A DNA stretch of 64,000 nucleotides from positions 12,152,001 through 12,216,000 of the forward strand of contig NC_135252.1 of assembly GCF_964204865.1 (NCBI RefSeq), read 5' to 3'. The position numbers and the translations under genes are program-made. Shown piece by piece: positions 25,301-40,300 of the stretch. Below the pieces are notes generated by a model. That model was not told the origin of the DNA. It searched no databases and worked only from the letters and a program-made list of their open reading frames with translations. Positions within the stretch are counted from its first letter, which is position 1, and the number at the start of each line of letters is the position of its first letter. The stretch is from Styela clava. Lineage: Eukaryota.

Positions 25301-28300
25301 CTTGATTTACACAGATTTAAAAAAAAATTAAATGGAATGGGAAACAGAATTCGGTTATGGACAATGCTACTTGCATTGCTTGCAAAAGCATCTTTCAAAT
25401 TTTGTGAGCAACTAAGGGACTCTGATCAATTCATCTAAATTGGCCAGGTAAAATTAAACCAAAGTAATTACGTTAATGATTAAGCAATGACAAGTGAATT
25501 GCGTGCCTACTACTTTTCAGAAAGTTTGACCAGTAATAAAATCGGCTCATAAGCATTGACAAATAGACTTAAAATAAATCATACGAGAACAATTGAAATC
25601 CAGTTTGACAATCGCAAACAAACTTTGCAATTGTGGAAACAGAGATGCAAATAATATTTGCTAATTCATTAATAACAAAATGCTAATTTAGCATTTGGCA
25701 ACTTCCTGGATATTGCATTGCAAAAAAATGTAGATCTGAACTTCAGAACTTTGATACCCCAATAGGGTGCGAAAAAGCTGTTTAAGAAAGTAAATAAATA
25801 TGTACCAGTATTTCAGTTATCTATATGCAGTAATTAGAAAATTGGTGCAACTAGTATGGCCGATCACAGGCCTCGCAATAATGACTGTCTATAGATGGGA
25901 TCATTGGATGTATCATATATATGGGTTGGCCATAATAAGATCAGAAATGACCTGATAGAAATAGAATGAATAGAAAATAAAAATCACTTTAGTATTTAAA
26001 TTGTGTGGCAAAACTGTTCCAAAATACACTTACTCTTTTCGGAGCAGCATTCCGAGATCTACCACGCCTCTTTTCTACAACCACATTCTCTGTGTTGATT
26101 GGCTGATCAAAAGACTGCTCAATGTTGGTGGCATCAGTAACTAAAAAAGAAGCAAACAAATTAATCATAAAATCTTGATCTATTAAATATACCAAAAAAA
26201 GTGTGCAAATCAGATTTAAAATGTCAGGTTCGGCCTAAATTCCAAAAAATTTCAATAAACATAATTGATGCAGCGAAAGTCAGCATATGTAAAACATGTA
26301 TGGTCAATGCCAGTGTTGAGTAGGCTCGAGTGTAATTTTCTAAACTCTAGTTGTACTTGAGTGACATTTATCAAAAATCATCTATAGAATGACCCAAACT
26401 TATCGGTACATCAACTAACTGCCAGCGAGACTTTACTCAGGGTTTAGGGACTTTTTCCCAACAGTGGGCAATATAGTAGAACAATGGGTCGCATCCCAAA
26501 ACTGGGTCACTTGAAAACTCTTTTGGGTTTCTTTTTCAACAGAAACCCAAAAGTTATTGTCTTCATTTTCTAGTAAACTTTTGTATTTGGTATTGAAGTG
26601 TCGCTCGATAGTAATATCATAAGCGGGAGGTATCACAGCGCAAAAATTTGTAAGCATCTATTTTGTATAAGTAAAGCCTTTTGCAGACTAATAATACTAC
26701 ATGTCGTTTGGCATGTAGTTGTAGATTAATATTTTACAATTTGTGTCGCTTGAAAAAAAAGGTTAGGGACCACTACTGTAAAATATAATAAATTCTTTTA
26801 CTTCAGCATATTGTTTGGTAACAATGCAAAAATGCCAATGCATCAAAACAGTATAAAAATCCATAAAACTTAGGATCATTGGCAACAGTCATATGCCATT
26901 CTAATGACATTGTAACATACATAAGTCTGTGTAAAATCATACGGGGACAATATATCCAATGTACCATGAAGGGTAGGTATAACAATCACACATGGACTTT
27001 GGACCACACCAGGTGTTATTGCTGTATATATAACAACAACATGTTGAAAAAGAACCAAGCATACACAATAAAACTAAAGTATCATATTCAGGTATTGAAA
27101 AGATTATAATTAATTATAATACAAAAGCAACCATACAATCAGGAATGTCCTGAACAATTCGAATAGATTCAAAATTAAATGTATTTCACATTTTAAATTT
27201 TGTATTTGGTGAATAATTTTGAAGAGGTTGATTTGAAAAATTACCACATTCATCAATTGAAGTTTTGCAGTATGATTAAAAACGCCCTCGTTTGATTTCT
27301 GAATGCTGTAAAAACAGATAACTAATCGAATCACTGATAATCATGCATTCTAAATCCAAACTACAGAGTGGCCCCAAAAATAGGATGCAGGTCATTTGAA
27401 AATATTCCTAAGGAGAACATAACTTTTGTGCAAAGCATCATAGTTTACTGAAACTTTAGGTACAACCACACACAAACAAAAGTTAGTTTTATTTCCGAAA
27501 AAGTAATCGAAAAATTTATTTATTCAGTCTTTTAGGGTAGCCGCGTAATTTGATATATATCAACTACTTAACATGACCAAAATTCAATATTTTACCTTAA
27601 GGAATATCAAGTCATAACATAGTATGTATGATAGATTATTCAATTTAGGCCATTTCTACCTGGTTGTCTCGGAAAACTCCTTTGACATCAAATAATTTAG
27701 ATACGCTGAGTATATTTACAATTGTACTCTTTTGACAAGACAAATATTGACATCGGTTGACATGCGCACAGCACAACCTTCACTTTATTGTAAGTCAATA
27801 TTTTATTTCTGCACGGACTTTGACTAACAAAAGTAATAAAATTTGTTCGTAACAATAAACAAGTATAACTTTTACCTTATATAGTCTCACAAAATCTAGT
27901 AGTGAACAATTTGGCATTTAAGATGAACTTTCAATACAAAAAATAATGATTTATATATTTATGGAATGTTCTTGCATCTCTACTCTGCAGAAGGTTCTGT
28001 CTAAGCATCACTGATAAGGACCTACTGATGCTATGAATTTTAATAACTTGATTTATTAGAAAAGTCGTTCTAACTATATATCAGAATGTAATTTATTTTT
28101 TTTAATTAAACTAAGCTAATTATAAAACGAAATGATTATCAAACAAGAAAAAAGTTAAAATTTAATATGATCCAAATATGTTGGTTAAATTATGCGAAAT
28201 CCTAAGAGCCAACCATTATCAATGGGCCATGCATATTTAATATCCTGACTCCATTTCACTGTAGACAGAGATTATATGGCACCGTAAATTTGTTGTAATT

Positions 28301-31300
28301 AAACTAAGCTAATAATAAAACGAAATGATTATCAAACAAGAAAATATAAAAAAAAATTAAAACATAACATGATCCAAAAATTTTGGGTAAATTATACAAA
28401 ATCCTGAAGAAGGAACCATTATTAACGGGCCATGCATAAATGAATCATGATAAACATCATTTCACTCTTGACAGAGATTATATGGCACTGGTAATTCAGG
28501 AGTGTTTGATAATATATTATTCTTGCTAACTTTGTTCTACAATGTTAATTCCTACGATCCTATTCCAACTGAGGCAACATTTCCCAACTTGGAAGTAATT
28601 TTGTAGTTTTTGGAGAGAAATTATGCTTTGTATTTGCTGTATTAATAAAATTAATAAAATTCTTCAGTTTTTTTATTGTAATGTAACAAAGTAATTTTGT
28701 AGCTTTTTTTGGGGAGAAATTATGCTTTGTACTCGCTGTAGTAATAAGAATATTCTTCAGTTTTTTTATTGTAAAAAAAGTAATTTTGTAGTTTTTTTTT
28801 TTAGAGAAATTTTGCTTTGTATTCGCTGCAATATTAATAATATTCTTCAGTTTTTATTGTAACTATAACATAACACTCATTCATGAACACATATATACAA
28901 ACTACTCAAACTGCACAAAAACGGGACATGTGACTGATGCAATACACTAGCAAATGATCCATTAAAGATTAACAAATGAAGTAGTTTTTATGCATAGTAA
29001 GGGAAGGAACAAAGAGTTCCAAAAAAGAAACATGACGAATTTAACAAAAAAGCTAGGGAACCACTGATTTAAAGTCTTTGCCACATCAGCAGCATATTAT
29101 GACACAACTTAAAGCTAAGTTATATATAGACTACTTAATTTCCTACATCCTGGTTAAGGTGGTGGGTGGGTTTATGGTTTACCAGTACTTGCTATTACAT
29201 AGAAGGACAAACCGGCAAATTACAAGCAATCACACAAACAATGACTACCTTACCATCATTAGAAGTAGAAACTTCATCTTGTACTGTTGACTCTGGATTA
29301 TTTTTTTCAATATTTTCTACAGCTAAATTTTTCTCTCCTATTGTCGTTTGACTCTCACTTTTGACACTTGAAGACACAATGGGAACTTGTAATCCTTGAT
29401 GAGAGCAAGTGGGTGAAGCTTGTTTCGAAGTCATAACTGGTGATTTTTTGTTACTTAAAGTAGTTTGCGACGAATCAGCATCGAGAGACATAGTTGCTTG
29501 ACTGGTAGATGGCTTATTTGAAATCCTAGAATTTGTCATATCGTTCGTTGCTTCCGTTGATATAATTGATGTAATATTATTGTCATTTGCAGGTGCTTGA
29601 TCTTCAGACTTAGTCTCTTGGTTCATTGGTGCTGAAGAACTTGTGGATGGACGATCATTTATAACTCTGAAAAACAAAAATATTCAGTCATAAATGATCT
29701 TTAAGTCAATAATTTGTCTTCTCTTTATTATGAGGAAACTTGCTCAATGCCAAAGTCAGACACTGACCCAGAAATATAGAAGATTGATCTCTGACTACAA
29801 AAATAACGAGGAGCTATTGAGAGTATAATTCATTATATTGTAGGAGTGCCTTAGTGAATATTATTTGAGGAAGGCTCAAGCATTTCATTTCTATTCCATC
29901 AGGAAATCAGCCATAGAAAAAGCATTTTCTAATGATGAACTCAGAATTTGTGTTATGAATTTGGTGATGTTCAATCACAAAATTGATCAAATCAAATCCT
30001 AAATATAAGGAAAGCTAAGAAAATCAAATTTAATCGCATTTTTTAAATTTATCAAAGATAAACGCATCCAGTTCAACTATCTGACAGTAAAATTGCTCAA
30101 AATGAAAATTTATTGAGATATCTATTTCTGAAATGAAACAATTACCTTGATGAGAGAGGGCTTATATATTATCCTGATGAGACATCTTTAACATGTGTGC
30201 GAGTGCAAATGTACGCGGGTGCAAATGAACGTGGGTACAAATGTCTGTGGGGCCACAAATGTCGGCGGGTGCAACTGTACACGGGTGCAAATGTCCATGG
30301 GTGCTAATGTATGTGAGTGCAAATGTATGTGGGGGCAAAGATAATGGAACCTAGTTTGGTTAACAGTCCAAGTTCACATGAACAAAAGTTGACATGGATT
30401 TTCAACATTTGATTTACTATGGACATATACCGGTATACAGAATCTAATCTACAGTTTTCAATTCATATATGAAAATTTCAAATCCTCTCAAGAAAGAAAG
30501 AAAGAAGCAGTATCACTCACCCTTTTCTGTCAGTACTGACTTCTGATTCGTCTGCAGAATTTGGCAAATCACTTTTAGATATTGATTCAGGTGTTTCCTT
30601 AGTATCTGAAAGTAAAATTATATTGAAAATTATATTATGTCCGTGGCAAACACCTGACCCCAAATGTTCTAATCGAAATAACCATTCATAAAAAAGTAAT
30701 GTAATGAATAAAGACTCAGATGTAAACTATGCGTTTCAGAAATGAAATGCTTTCCGTCCTGCAATAATTTCATGGAGAATGCTTGTTATGCTTCAATAAG
30801 GCAATCCATGGGGAGATACCTCCAAAACGAAACGAATATTTCAATAAATTTCAAAATTGGTACTATTCGATTTAGTAAATATATGAGAAAGAGTGATTTT
30901 GTCAGCACAATAATGATTTATGCAAATTTCTCTGTTTATCAGGATCCAGTTTAAAATATAATAAATATTGCATTTTTAAAAATATTATTTCAAACTGCAT
31001 TCAGAATAGTTTCTGGTCATCCCGGTCCATTAGAAACCGTTAGTCAGCTGGAATAAAAGACCTCAAAATATTTGAATGATTATTTACTGTAACATCTTGT
31101 GATAATCCGAGTTTTGCATACTGAAAATCAAGAGTATTGGTGATTAACAAACCTGCATTTTCTTGTGATGAAGATATTTCAGTTCTGCTCGGACCAGGAA
31201 ATGATTGAGAACGATTGAGAAGTGTAGATGGATTAGACTGAAGCATGTTCATCTGCAAAAACGACACCAGGCATTATTGCAAATACAAACTTTGAAATAA

Positions 31301-34300
31301 TTTAGTCTCAAAAACAGTAGTGAGTGTCGTTTTGGAGGAGGGGGAGTCCCCGTAATTGAATAAACATTTTTACTTTACTGATATCAGTAAAACCTAATTA
31401 AAAACTAGAAAAATCATTTTGAAGGTCCTGATCTCCTATTGAATTATTTACCAAAATTCACTTTAACCAAACCAAGTGAAAGAAGATTTGAAGATTGCTG
31501 AATTAGGTTCAATATCAAATTTTGTTAAAGAAATTGTAAATTTATTAACGTGTTTACATTTCAAGTCTGTAATATCTTTTTTCTGATATGTTAATAATTT
31601 ACTTTGAGATTGAACCAGAAAAGATTGAACCACAAAACATAAGGCAGTACAGATGTTATCGTTTTATGGACAAACCGCAGTTTTACATTTTCCTTTGAAT
31701 AAAATACAATAACCATCAAAATTTTTTTGGTTAATGAGCTTTGTACAGTAACCCAATACTCCTTACAAAAATTGCGTCTTTTGTATGGACAAGACCCCAA
31801 TCTGAGCACCGGTGCACCTTACAACCCAGTGTGCCTTATGTTTCGTAAAATATGGTAAATATGCAAACTATTTTGTATCATCTTTTTATAACAAAATATT
31901 GAGCTAAACTGTGGCTGCAAGTAATTATACAGCAGTTCAGAAACAAAAACGCAATAAATAAAAACCTCTTATGATTAAAATAGGGAATCAAATGTGAATA
32001 TAAATTTTCTCATTACGGATTTCAATATATTCTGTGATGGGATGCAGAACCTGTGCGAACCCATTTTTGAAAAGTTGTTATATTTGGCAAACCCATTTGC
32101 CATTTTTTCATTTTAGGTGTTGGACGTCGCTTCGAAGGTTATGCATCAGTTGTAAAATGTGTCACGTTAATGTACCGTATTGATACTACATTAGTAATTA
32201 TGACGTTTAAGTTTAAGTTAAGTTGTTGTTATCGTGTACCTAATGTTATGTTGAGGCCTTATATTGTCAGATTTATGAGATGGCATGGTTTCGTGAAACG
32301 TGAAAACATGTCGTTAATGAGTTCGATACAAAAGAGAATCTGCTCCGAAAATTTTGAATCCACTAACTGGAAAATATCACTAACCTGCATTGAATTCGTA
32401 AAAAGAGCTGAAAACATTTTCATCTGTTGTTCATCAGGTTTATTGTCTGTTGAAGCAAGCTGAGCAACTGCAGCAGATTTTGTCGGACCAACTCCAGAAA
32501 CGAGCAGATTTTTCAAAAACGTATTGTAACTTGAAAGTTGTCGAATTACAGTATCTGTTAGTTCTGGCGAAATACCCACAGTTGCTGTGGAAGGCAAGGA
32601 TGTTGGTAACTGGTTGTGTGTCATTCTTTGGGGGTCCTCGACAATCTTTGATGTAATTTCAGTATTCGGAACTGTAGATGATTGCGATGAAATATTTATG
32701 ACAGTACTTTGAGATGTTGTCGTCTCTACTGATTTTAATGTAGGTAAATTTAAATCCGATTTTCTATCGTTATCTTCAACTTTCTCTTCTTCTTTAGTTT
32801 CAACCACAACTTCTTTTGGACCTTCAAATTCTTTTGTCAAATCTTTCAGTGAATCCTGATCCTTTGGAATAGATTGTTCAGAATCAGGTTCTGTTGATTG
32901 GGAAGTCGGTGGTTCCAAATTAGCTTCCTCAACCTCGTGCATTTCCATTTTCTTATCATCACACAAAAGAGTTTCACTTTCAGGCTGTGTTTTTGAAGCA
33001 CTATGAACTAAATCCGGGGAATGAGTATTATCTTCTTGTGGAGTTTCCAGAACTTCAGTACTGGAATCTCCATCATTAGATATTACAGTTTGCATTTCAT
33101 TATTATCTTCCACCTCGTTATTCACGGCCGGCGTCAGACTTAGTGTAGCTTCATCTAATAAAACTGATATTTCGGTCTGAATTTCAGTATCTTCAAGTTC
33201 AACACTTTCATCATTCGTATGTGTTACTAAATCGTCTTCCATTTTTTCGGTTTCTTGAAAACTTGATTCAGTAGTATTGCTACATCCAACCACATCCTCT
33301 TCTGGTTTTAATGTTTCCGTCAAGTTACTTTTTAGTGTATGTACTGGTTCTATAATTGCATCTACATTTATATTGCTTGCTTCCGACATCGCATCATCCA
33401 TTATATATTTAGTTTGTGAAACGCTTGCGGTTACATCAACAAATTCAGGATCTTGTATCATTTCACCGTCTTTGTTCTCTGTTACGATTTCACTATTAGT
33501 ATTAGGCATGCTTGACATTGCTGTACGAGTCTCAGTATCTTCAACAATAGGTATTGATGGAACAATCTTATTGTCACTTTCTGACAATGTATCGTCAATT
33601 TCAAGATTAGTATCATTTATACTATCTGTCACATTTTTGGAAGATGAATCCTCAATTTTTTCTACATTTATGTCTTCATTTTCAGTTCCCACTACCTTAG
33701 GTTTGTTATCTTCTTGTGTCTTAGAATTCTCAGAATTTTCTAAAGGTTTTTGGTGACATTTATCACCAATGCTTGATTCTTGGTTGACTATGGGTGTAAT
33801 TGTAGACTGAACTATCATTTCAGATTTTGGTTTTTGAGAATCTGTTGAAGAAGTCAGTGAAGAATTTTCTTCAACTTCGCTTATAGCTACAACAGGCTTC
33901 TCACAAACTAATTCTGTTTTTACTATGTCCTCCTCGGAAATTATAGGTTTGTCTTCATCATGCATAGGTAATTTCGCACATTTCTTACTTTCTTGTATAG
34001 AAACAGGCGCAACATCATCAATAATCTCAGTTACAAGTTTCTTGTTAGAATTCCTACCATCTGTTTTTAATGTTTCAAATTCTGCAAACTTTTCAACTTC
34101 AGTACTTGGGTTTTGTGATGCGAAAGTTTCAGCTTGATACTCAGCACTAGTTTGAATTTCAGTTATATTTTTTTCAGTTTGTGGGACTTCACAAGAAGCA
34201 TTGGATTGAATATTATCATCTATATCCATATTGTCTTTCTCAGAACAGGCAATATTGTTACAGTTTGCCAATCCAGCTTCTTCAGGCAAGTTTTCTGCAA

Positions 34301-37300
34301 TATTGGTAGTTTTTGAAATTTCTGTTTCAATTTTCCTTTCCTTCGGTAGTTCTTCACTCTTTGATTCATCAAATCCTTTTTCATGCCTTAGTTCATCATC
34401 TGAATCATGTGAGATATCAGATTTTGAACTTTTAGTTCTCCTATTTTTCTCTGATTGGTTTAATATATCAATATTTTCATCTATTGCAGATACTCTGTTA
34501 TTCTCCGTTTCTATATTTGGTACAGATGGTGAAACAATTGAACATGATTCAGGTGTAGCAGAAATCCTTTCAACACTATCAGGAATAGGTAAAATTTCCG
34601 CTATTGAAGTAACGGGAGAGGAGGTCTGTGGGGATTTTTCTACGGAATATTTTGTAAAAATATCATTTTCTGAACACGACGACGATTCCAGTTTTGTTAC
34701 TGCAACAATATTTTTACTTGATTTAATAGCCTCTGAACTGCAAGTCTTAGATACTGAATCAACAATGGAAGTCTTGGGTGGATTTTCCACAGAATGCTTC
34801 GTAAAAGTAACACTTTCCGAAGTCGCCGGCGATTCCAGTTTTGTTACGGCAACAATATTTTCACTTGATTTATTATCCTCTGAACTGTGAGTCTCAGACA
34901 CTGAATTAACAATGGAAGTCTGTGGTAGATTTTCCACAGAATTCTTCGTAAAAATTGAATTCGATGATGATTCCAGATCAGTTACTGCAATCATAGTTTG
35001 ACTGGTTGGACTTGATTTAATAACAACCTCTGAATTTGGATTCTCAGCTACTGCAGTAACAACGGAAGTGTGCAGTGAATTTTCCAAAGAATAATTTGTT
35101 AAAGTAACACTTTCTGAATTTGACGCCGATTCCAGTTTATTTACTGCAATAATGTTTTCATTTGTTGAACTTGTTTTAATGATAACCTCTGAACTCTTTA
35201 CAGTTTCATCGCCAATAATTTCGCTTGATTTTATAGTTATATCAGTTGCTTCAGAATTATTTGATGAAATTTGTGATTTAGCTTCTGGGACTGAAACGGA
35301 ATATAAAGCACGTATTGAAGATGGAACATCTGCTGATATTGAATGCATGATATCATTTTTATCACAATGTGTAGAGTTTGTATTTCCATCCGATACATTT
35401 GTGACAGAAGATATTTCACTAATCTTATTATCACTAGTATTTGACGTAGAAGAAATAGTCATTTGTGAAATTATTTCGGTGGATGATGAAGAACTAGAGA
35501 AACCCATCTTTGTTTGTTTTTCAGCAGCAAAACTTTCACTTTCTTTCTGGATATAACTTGGTGTAATTCGACTTACCGTTGCAAGTACATTCACAGCCTT
35601 GAACTCAGATTCAATTTCATTGTCAGAAACATTGGAAGCCGTTTTGTCAGCTAATAGTTTCAAACCTTTAGATGCTCCTGGCAAATCTGTCGAAACTGAA
35701 TGAGATTTGAGAATAGTACTTGGACATTCGGTCGTCATTTTACTGCTTTTTTGTGCTTCTATAGGCGGTTTTAGTATCCTGGGTATTGCGGATGAACTGA
35801 ATACTGGAATAGGAGATTCGCTAATGGCCTTGGGAGATAAAAATTCAAGTTTATGTGTTGACGAAATGATAGACGTTGGTAATTTATAAGGTTCAGCCGT
35901 GATATTACTTGATTTTCCGGTAGTGGTTTTTGTTACAATCGGATAAGGTGGAATCGAGCATGACGAAGTTATAATTTGTGACGTGATAGATCTAGATACT
36001 TCTATGACACTGTTGATTGGTAAAGGCTTCTTCATTTTAGCGGAATCACTTGGAGTTTGAGTAAGGGGAGAAAATAGCTTATAATTTGAACATTGAAAAG
36101 GTAGAACATGATTTTTTCTGTCAGTGCATCGTGAAGTTGGCTTGTATGGGGGATATGGATCAGACCATATTCTTTTTCTTGGATCAGTTTGAATTGAATC
36201 AGATGAACCATCGTCACTAAACCTCCTCGATGTTTGATCCTTTCGTGCAGGTACTTGAAACACCTTCCCAGTTGATGACACAAGATGTGTATTGTCAGCA
36301 CGAGGCCCAGAATGTGTTACAGGAATATGCTTTTTGTGGGGATTAAAAGTCTTTGTATTTGACTGCGTGGAACTGAGGTTATGCATATTATCATCTTGAG
36401 CAACTTCTACCTTAGAAGCAACTTTCATGTCTACAGATGAAGTCATTGTCAAAGACATTGTGCTTGGTTTCGTTTTTTCCACACTTAATTTTCTATTTGA
36501 CGTTGATGGATATGGTGGAGGAGCAGAAATGGTCGTGTAAACATTACCAGTTGTACAGACAGGGAATTCAAACACGGCTGATACTGGACCCGCAAAGTCT
36601 GAAAAATCGTCATCATCCGCTCCTGTGGCCTCCTCTAACAATAATGTTGGTGAAAGTACAGGTAATGGTGGTGTCATTACTCCTCTACCAGAATCTTTCC
36701 CAGCATGGTCCAGCTGTTCAACACTGTGTGTATGTGCAATTGTGCTACTTGGTTTTGATATTGAAATAGTCATTCCCAAAGGATTTTTCAGAGTACTTCC
36801 TTTGCAGACTGGAGACAAATGAGATGGACGTAGATTGGATGGCATTACAAGATTAGGCATTGATCCATCTACTGGTGCATTAGAGGTGGCAGAAAAACCA
36901 GGGTTGGAATTCATTTCACCAACAGAACCATAATTTACATGCATGGGATTGTTTGTAATATTGGAATCCATAAATGGTTTGACAGAAGTGGGAGATGGTA
37001 ACGGATTATGATGAGGTTGAAAGAAATCCGAAAATTCATTTGAAATGATGTTAGAACTGTTAATACCAGGGAGTGATTCAGTTTTAGTAGCACTGATTTT
37101 AACTTTAGAAGTTTTGCGTTTTCTTTGCCTCTTCGGTTTGATTGGTCGGACATGATGTTGCTGTATTCCCTCCATTCCAGGATTAATATGCCCAGGATGT
37201 GTGACATCAAACTGTTGAAATTGACCTTGCATCGATGGACGCAAATTTGGATTATAAGAATTCCATTGGTGATCGAAAGGAAAACGTTGCTGATTCATCT

Positions 37301-40300
37301 GTCCTTGCATCCTAACAGCAGATGGATTAAATCCCTGTTCAGCGGTGTTTATATGAAATCGGTTAGTGTTAGGTTCATTTATTCTCGCAAATTGTATTTG
37401 TTGTGGTCTGTACGGTGGGGTAGGACGAAAGACATTTTGTTGGTTAAATCCTGCAGAACCAGTAAACCTTTGCGTATCTTGCAATTGTACGTTAAATTGA
37501 TTTGTTTGCATGCCAGGTTGACGATGGAATTGTTGGTGCATATCTGAAATTGCATTTCCACGAAAGTGCTGTTGTTGAGACTGATGCGAAAAATTTTGCT
37601 GTGGATTCATTAATCGGTTTTGATTGAACCCTTGTGGAAGTCCGCCTTGTGGTCTCATAGATTGCGGCATCTTGGATGGAACGACATTCTGTGGCAACTT
37701 TTGAGTAGGAGAAAATGGTGACAGAGGACTTGGAGACAATTCAGAACCACTGCCAATAGTACTCGGAGGTCTAGAGTGAAATGAAGCAGGATTTGTAGGT
37801 CTTGTATTCCACTGTTGCATCGGTATTGCACCGGGATCTTGTTTCGGTGTTGGAATTGAACTTGAACGACTATGAGGCCTGGAATTGTCTGAATTATATC
37901 CCATTCTTTGTCCCTGCCAAGTACCATGGGGTGGCAAAGGACTCGGAGTGGGTGTTCCCATACTACTTGATCGACTGTTTGGTCGATTGCTGTATGGAGA
38001 TGGATCTGTTCTACTCCCAGGACTACAAAGGGGAGCATTAATTCCAGGAGTTCCAACCGGGTGATTAAAAGGAGATGCTGAATGGCATGAAGGTGGGGAA
38101 CCCATAGGAAATTGTTGTGTACCAGCTTGTCTCATTGGAGGTGAATTCAATGTTGCTCCCCTAGGCCTCATAACGGCAGAAGATCCGAGTGTCTGTAAGT
38201 TTCCAGGTGTAGGAAGAGACCTTTGCCAGTCCATGCTTGTATGCCTTGGTTGACCTGAAAATGCAACAACCATTATTATTACTTATTCATTAAATATCAT
38301 AAAGAAGGAAGAACAATTTTAAAAATGATCGAACGTCCAAAATTAGTTGAAAAATATGAAAAAGTGTGTTCTCGATTATCAAATGCAAGTTAATTTTCGA
38401 TAGAATCAAAAAAGTATTTGTTTTAGATTACCTGACTGAAAATTAACAATATTTTGTTGATTTTGAGGCCAATTTGACATGTTTGGCTGTTCATTTGAAA
38501 ACATATCCTGTCTCGTGAAACCTTTATGCTGAAAAAATCTTGGCCTGTTGGCAGGTGCCGAGAATGACATAGAATGCTGCACAAAACAAACATCATGTAA
38601 TTAATAGTTGTCAATATATAAAAAGATAAATAACATATACCTTATAATGGGATGAAGATATTGTCTGACAGGGATAACGTGATACCATGGAAAAGCTTTT
38701 TACACGATAGTGTGTGTACCAGGTCAGGGCTAGGCCATAATTTTATTCCGATTTTCCTTATTTTAGTTCTAGCCAAGTGAATATACCTGTAACCCCCTGT
38801 ACATAGGTTTCAGTCCCTTTACACAACTTGATGCAAAGTAGGCGAACAAAATTATTTACCTCCACATTGGTACACACACTTCTGGGTCGCCGAAGATCAT
38901 GCATTAACAATGATCCTTCTTTTGGCATAACATACTGCCATAAGCAGTTTATTGAAGAAAATGACAACTCAGGGATCTGCTTACAGATGAGCACTTGCAA
39001 GCTCAACCACAATTTACTAAAATTTATTGAGCTGTTTGATGGTCCACCATCAGTGTCACCAAAATTTAGGTTTTGGTCCATTGCAATAAACAGTTGCAGT
39101 TGATCTCACCAAATTGCATGAAACGAGAATATCGGTTGGAGACCGAAGACTTATCGATCGATTCATGCGATCTTACTCCATAGTGACACCGTGTGTCACA
39201 TCACTAATTAATTAATAACTTACTAATTATACGACATAATTCATCCAAACTCAATCGGCTTTTGGTCCGAGATATGATGAATGCACATGCAAAATTTGGA
39301 GGAGATTCAACTTCGCTTTCGTGAGATATCGAGTAACATACGAAAGTGTCTAACAGACAAACACACAAACAGACAAATATCTATCAACATACTTACCGAT
39401 CTTAAGATCGATAAGTAATGAGATTCATGAAAAGAATCAGAAAATGAAAAAACCTATATACCTGAGTATCTTGCTCAGACTTGACATTCATATATGAATA
39501 TCTAGGTAGTTGTTGTTGAGCAGAATATCTCGGTGGAACTTCAGATTTAGAGACAAAATTTGTACCAGGGAACGCACTCATTCCAAATCTATAAAAAAAA
39601 GTAATTATAGATATTATTGAACATGAAAAAATTATTTAACTCAAAGTATTGTTTCATAATAAGAAATTTAAATCAATTCATAATCTTCGAAAGGCATAAA
39701 AAAGAATGATGAGAAGACATGAAAAGCGGATTGGGCACTTTATAATGTTTTCTATCATGTATCTATATGAAAACTACCGCTATTATTATAGCGCCCACCC
39801 CTCAAAAAAACAAAGGCCCTATCATTTAGAACATAATTTCTAGATTACTGAAACAGTACAAACATATAAGTTCGAGTGTCAAATGAATGTTCTTATTTTC
39901 ATAAATTCCGTTTTTTTGAGATTACTATGTAAAGCATACATAAGGGACATCACAGGATTACATTTGTATAATAATATATTTAAAATGTAATAATAATTTG
40001 TATAATCTTCAAATCACGGATAGTCCGATAAATCAAAACAAATCTTTTTTCTTTTTGCAATAATAGGTTTAGAAATCTTTTGGAAAAAAATATTCACCTG
40101 TGAACGGGTTCAACTCCCATATGCATTGAAGGTAAACCCATTGATGGTGCATTTGTATTATGCATGAACATTGGGCGAGTATCTGAAAACAAATCATCTT
40201 ATTTTAGATAGAACGACCGTTTTATTGTGAAAGTGAGGAAAGATGAGAGCAGAGGTGGGTATTAGTCCCTACACCCTGAGCAAGTTTGAATCAAATCGCT

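Noticed and set aside
30199-30340. Regularly spaced short repeats resembling a CRISPR array
   Set aside because: Contiguous 16-bp units without unique spacers, inside a eukaryotic intron.
32259-38273. 2004-aa ORF as a stand-alone mucin-like gene
   Set aside because: It has no ATG start, is bounded by splice sites, and lies in phase between the MBD and PWWP exons.
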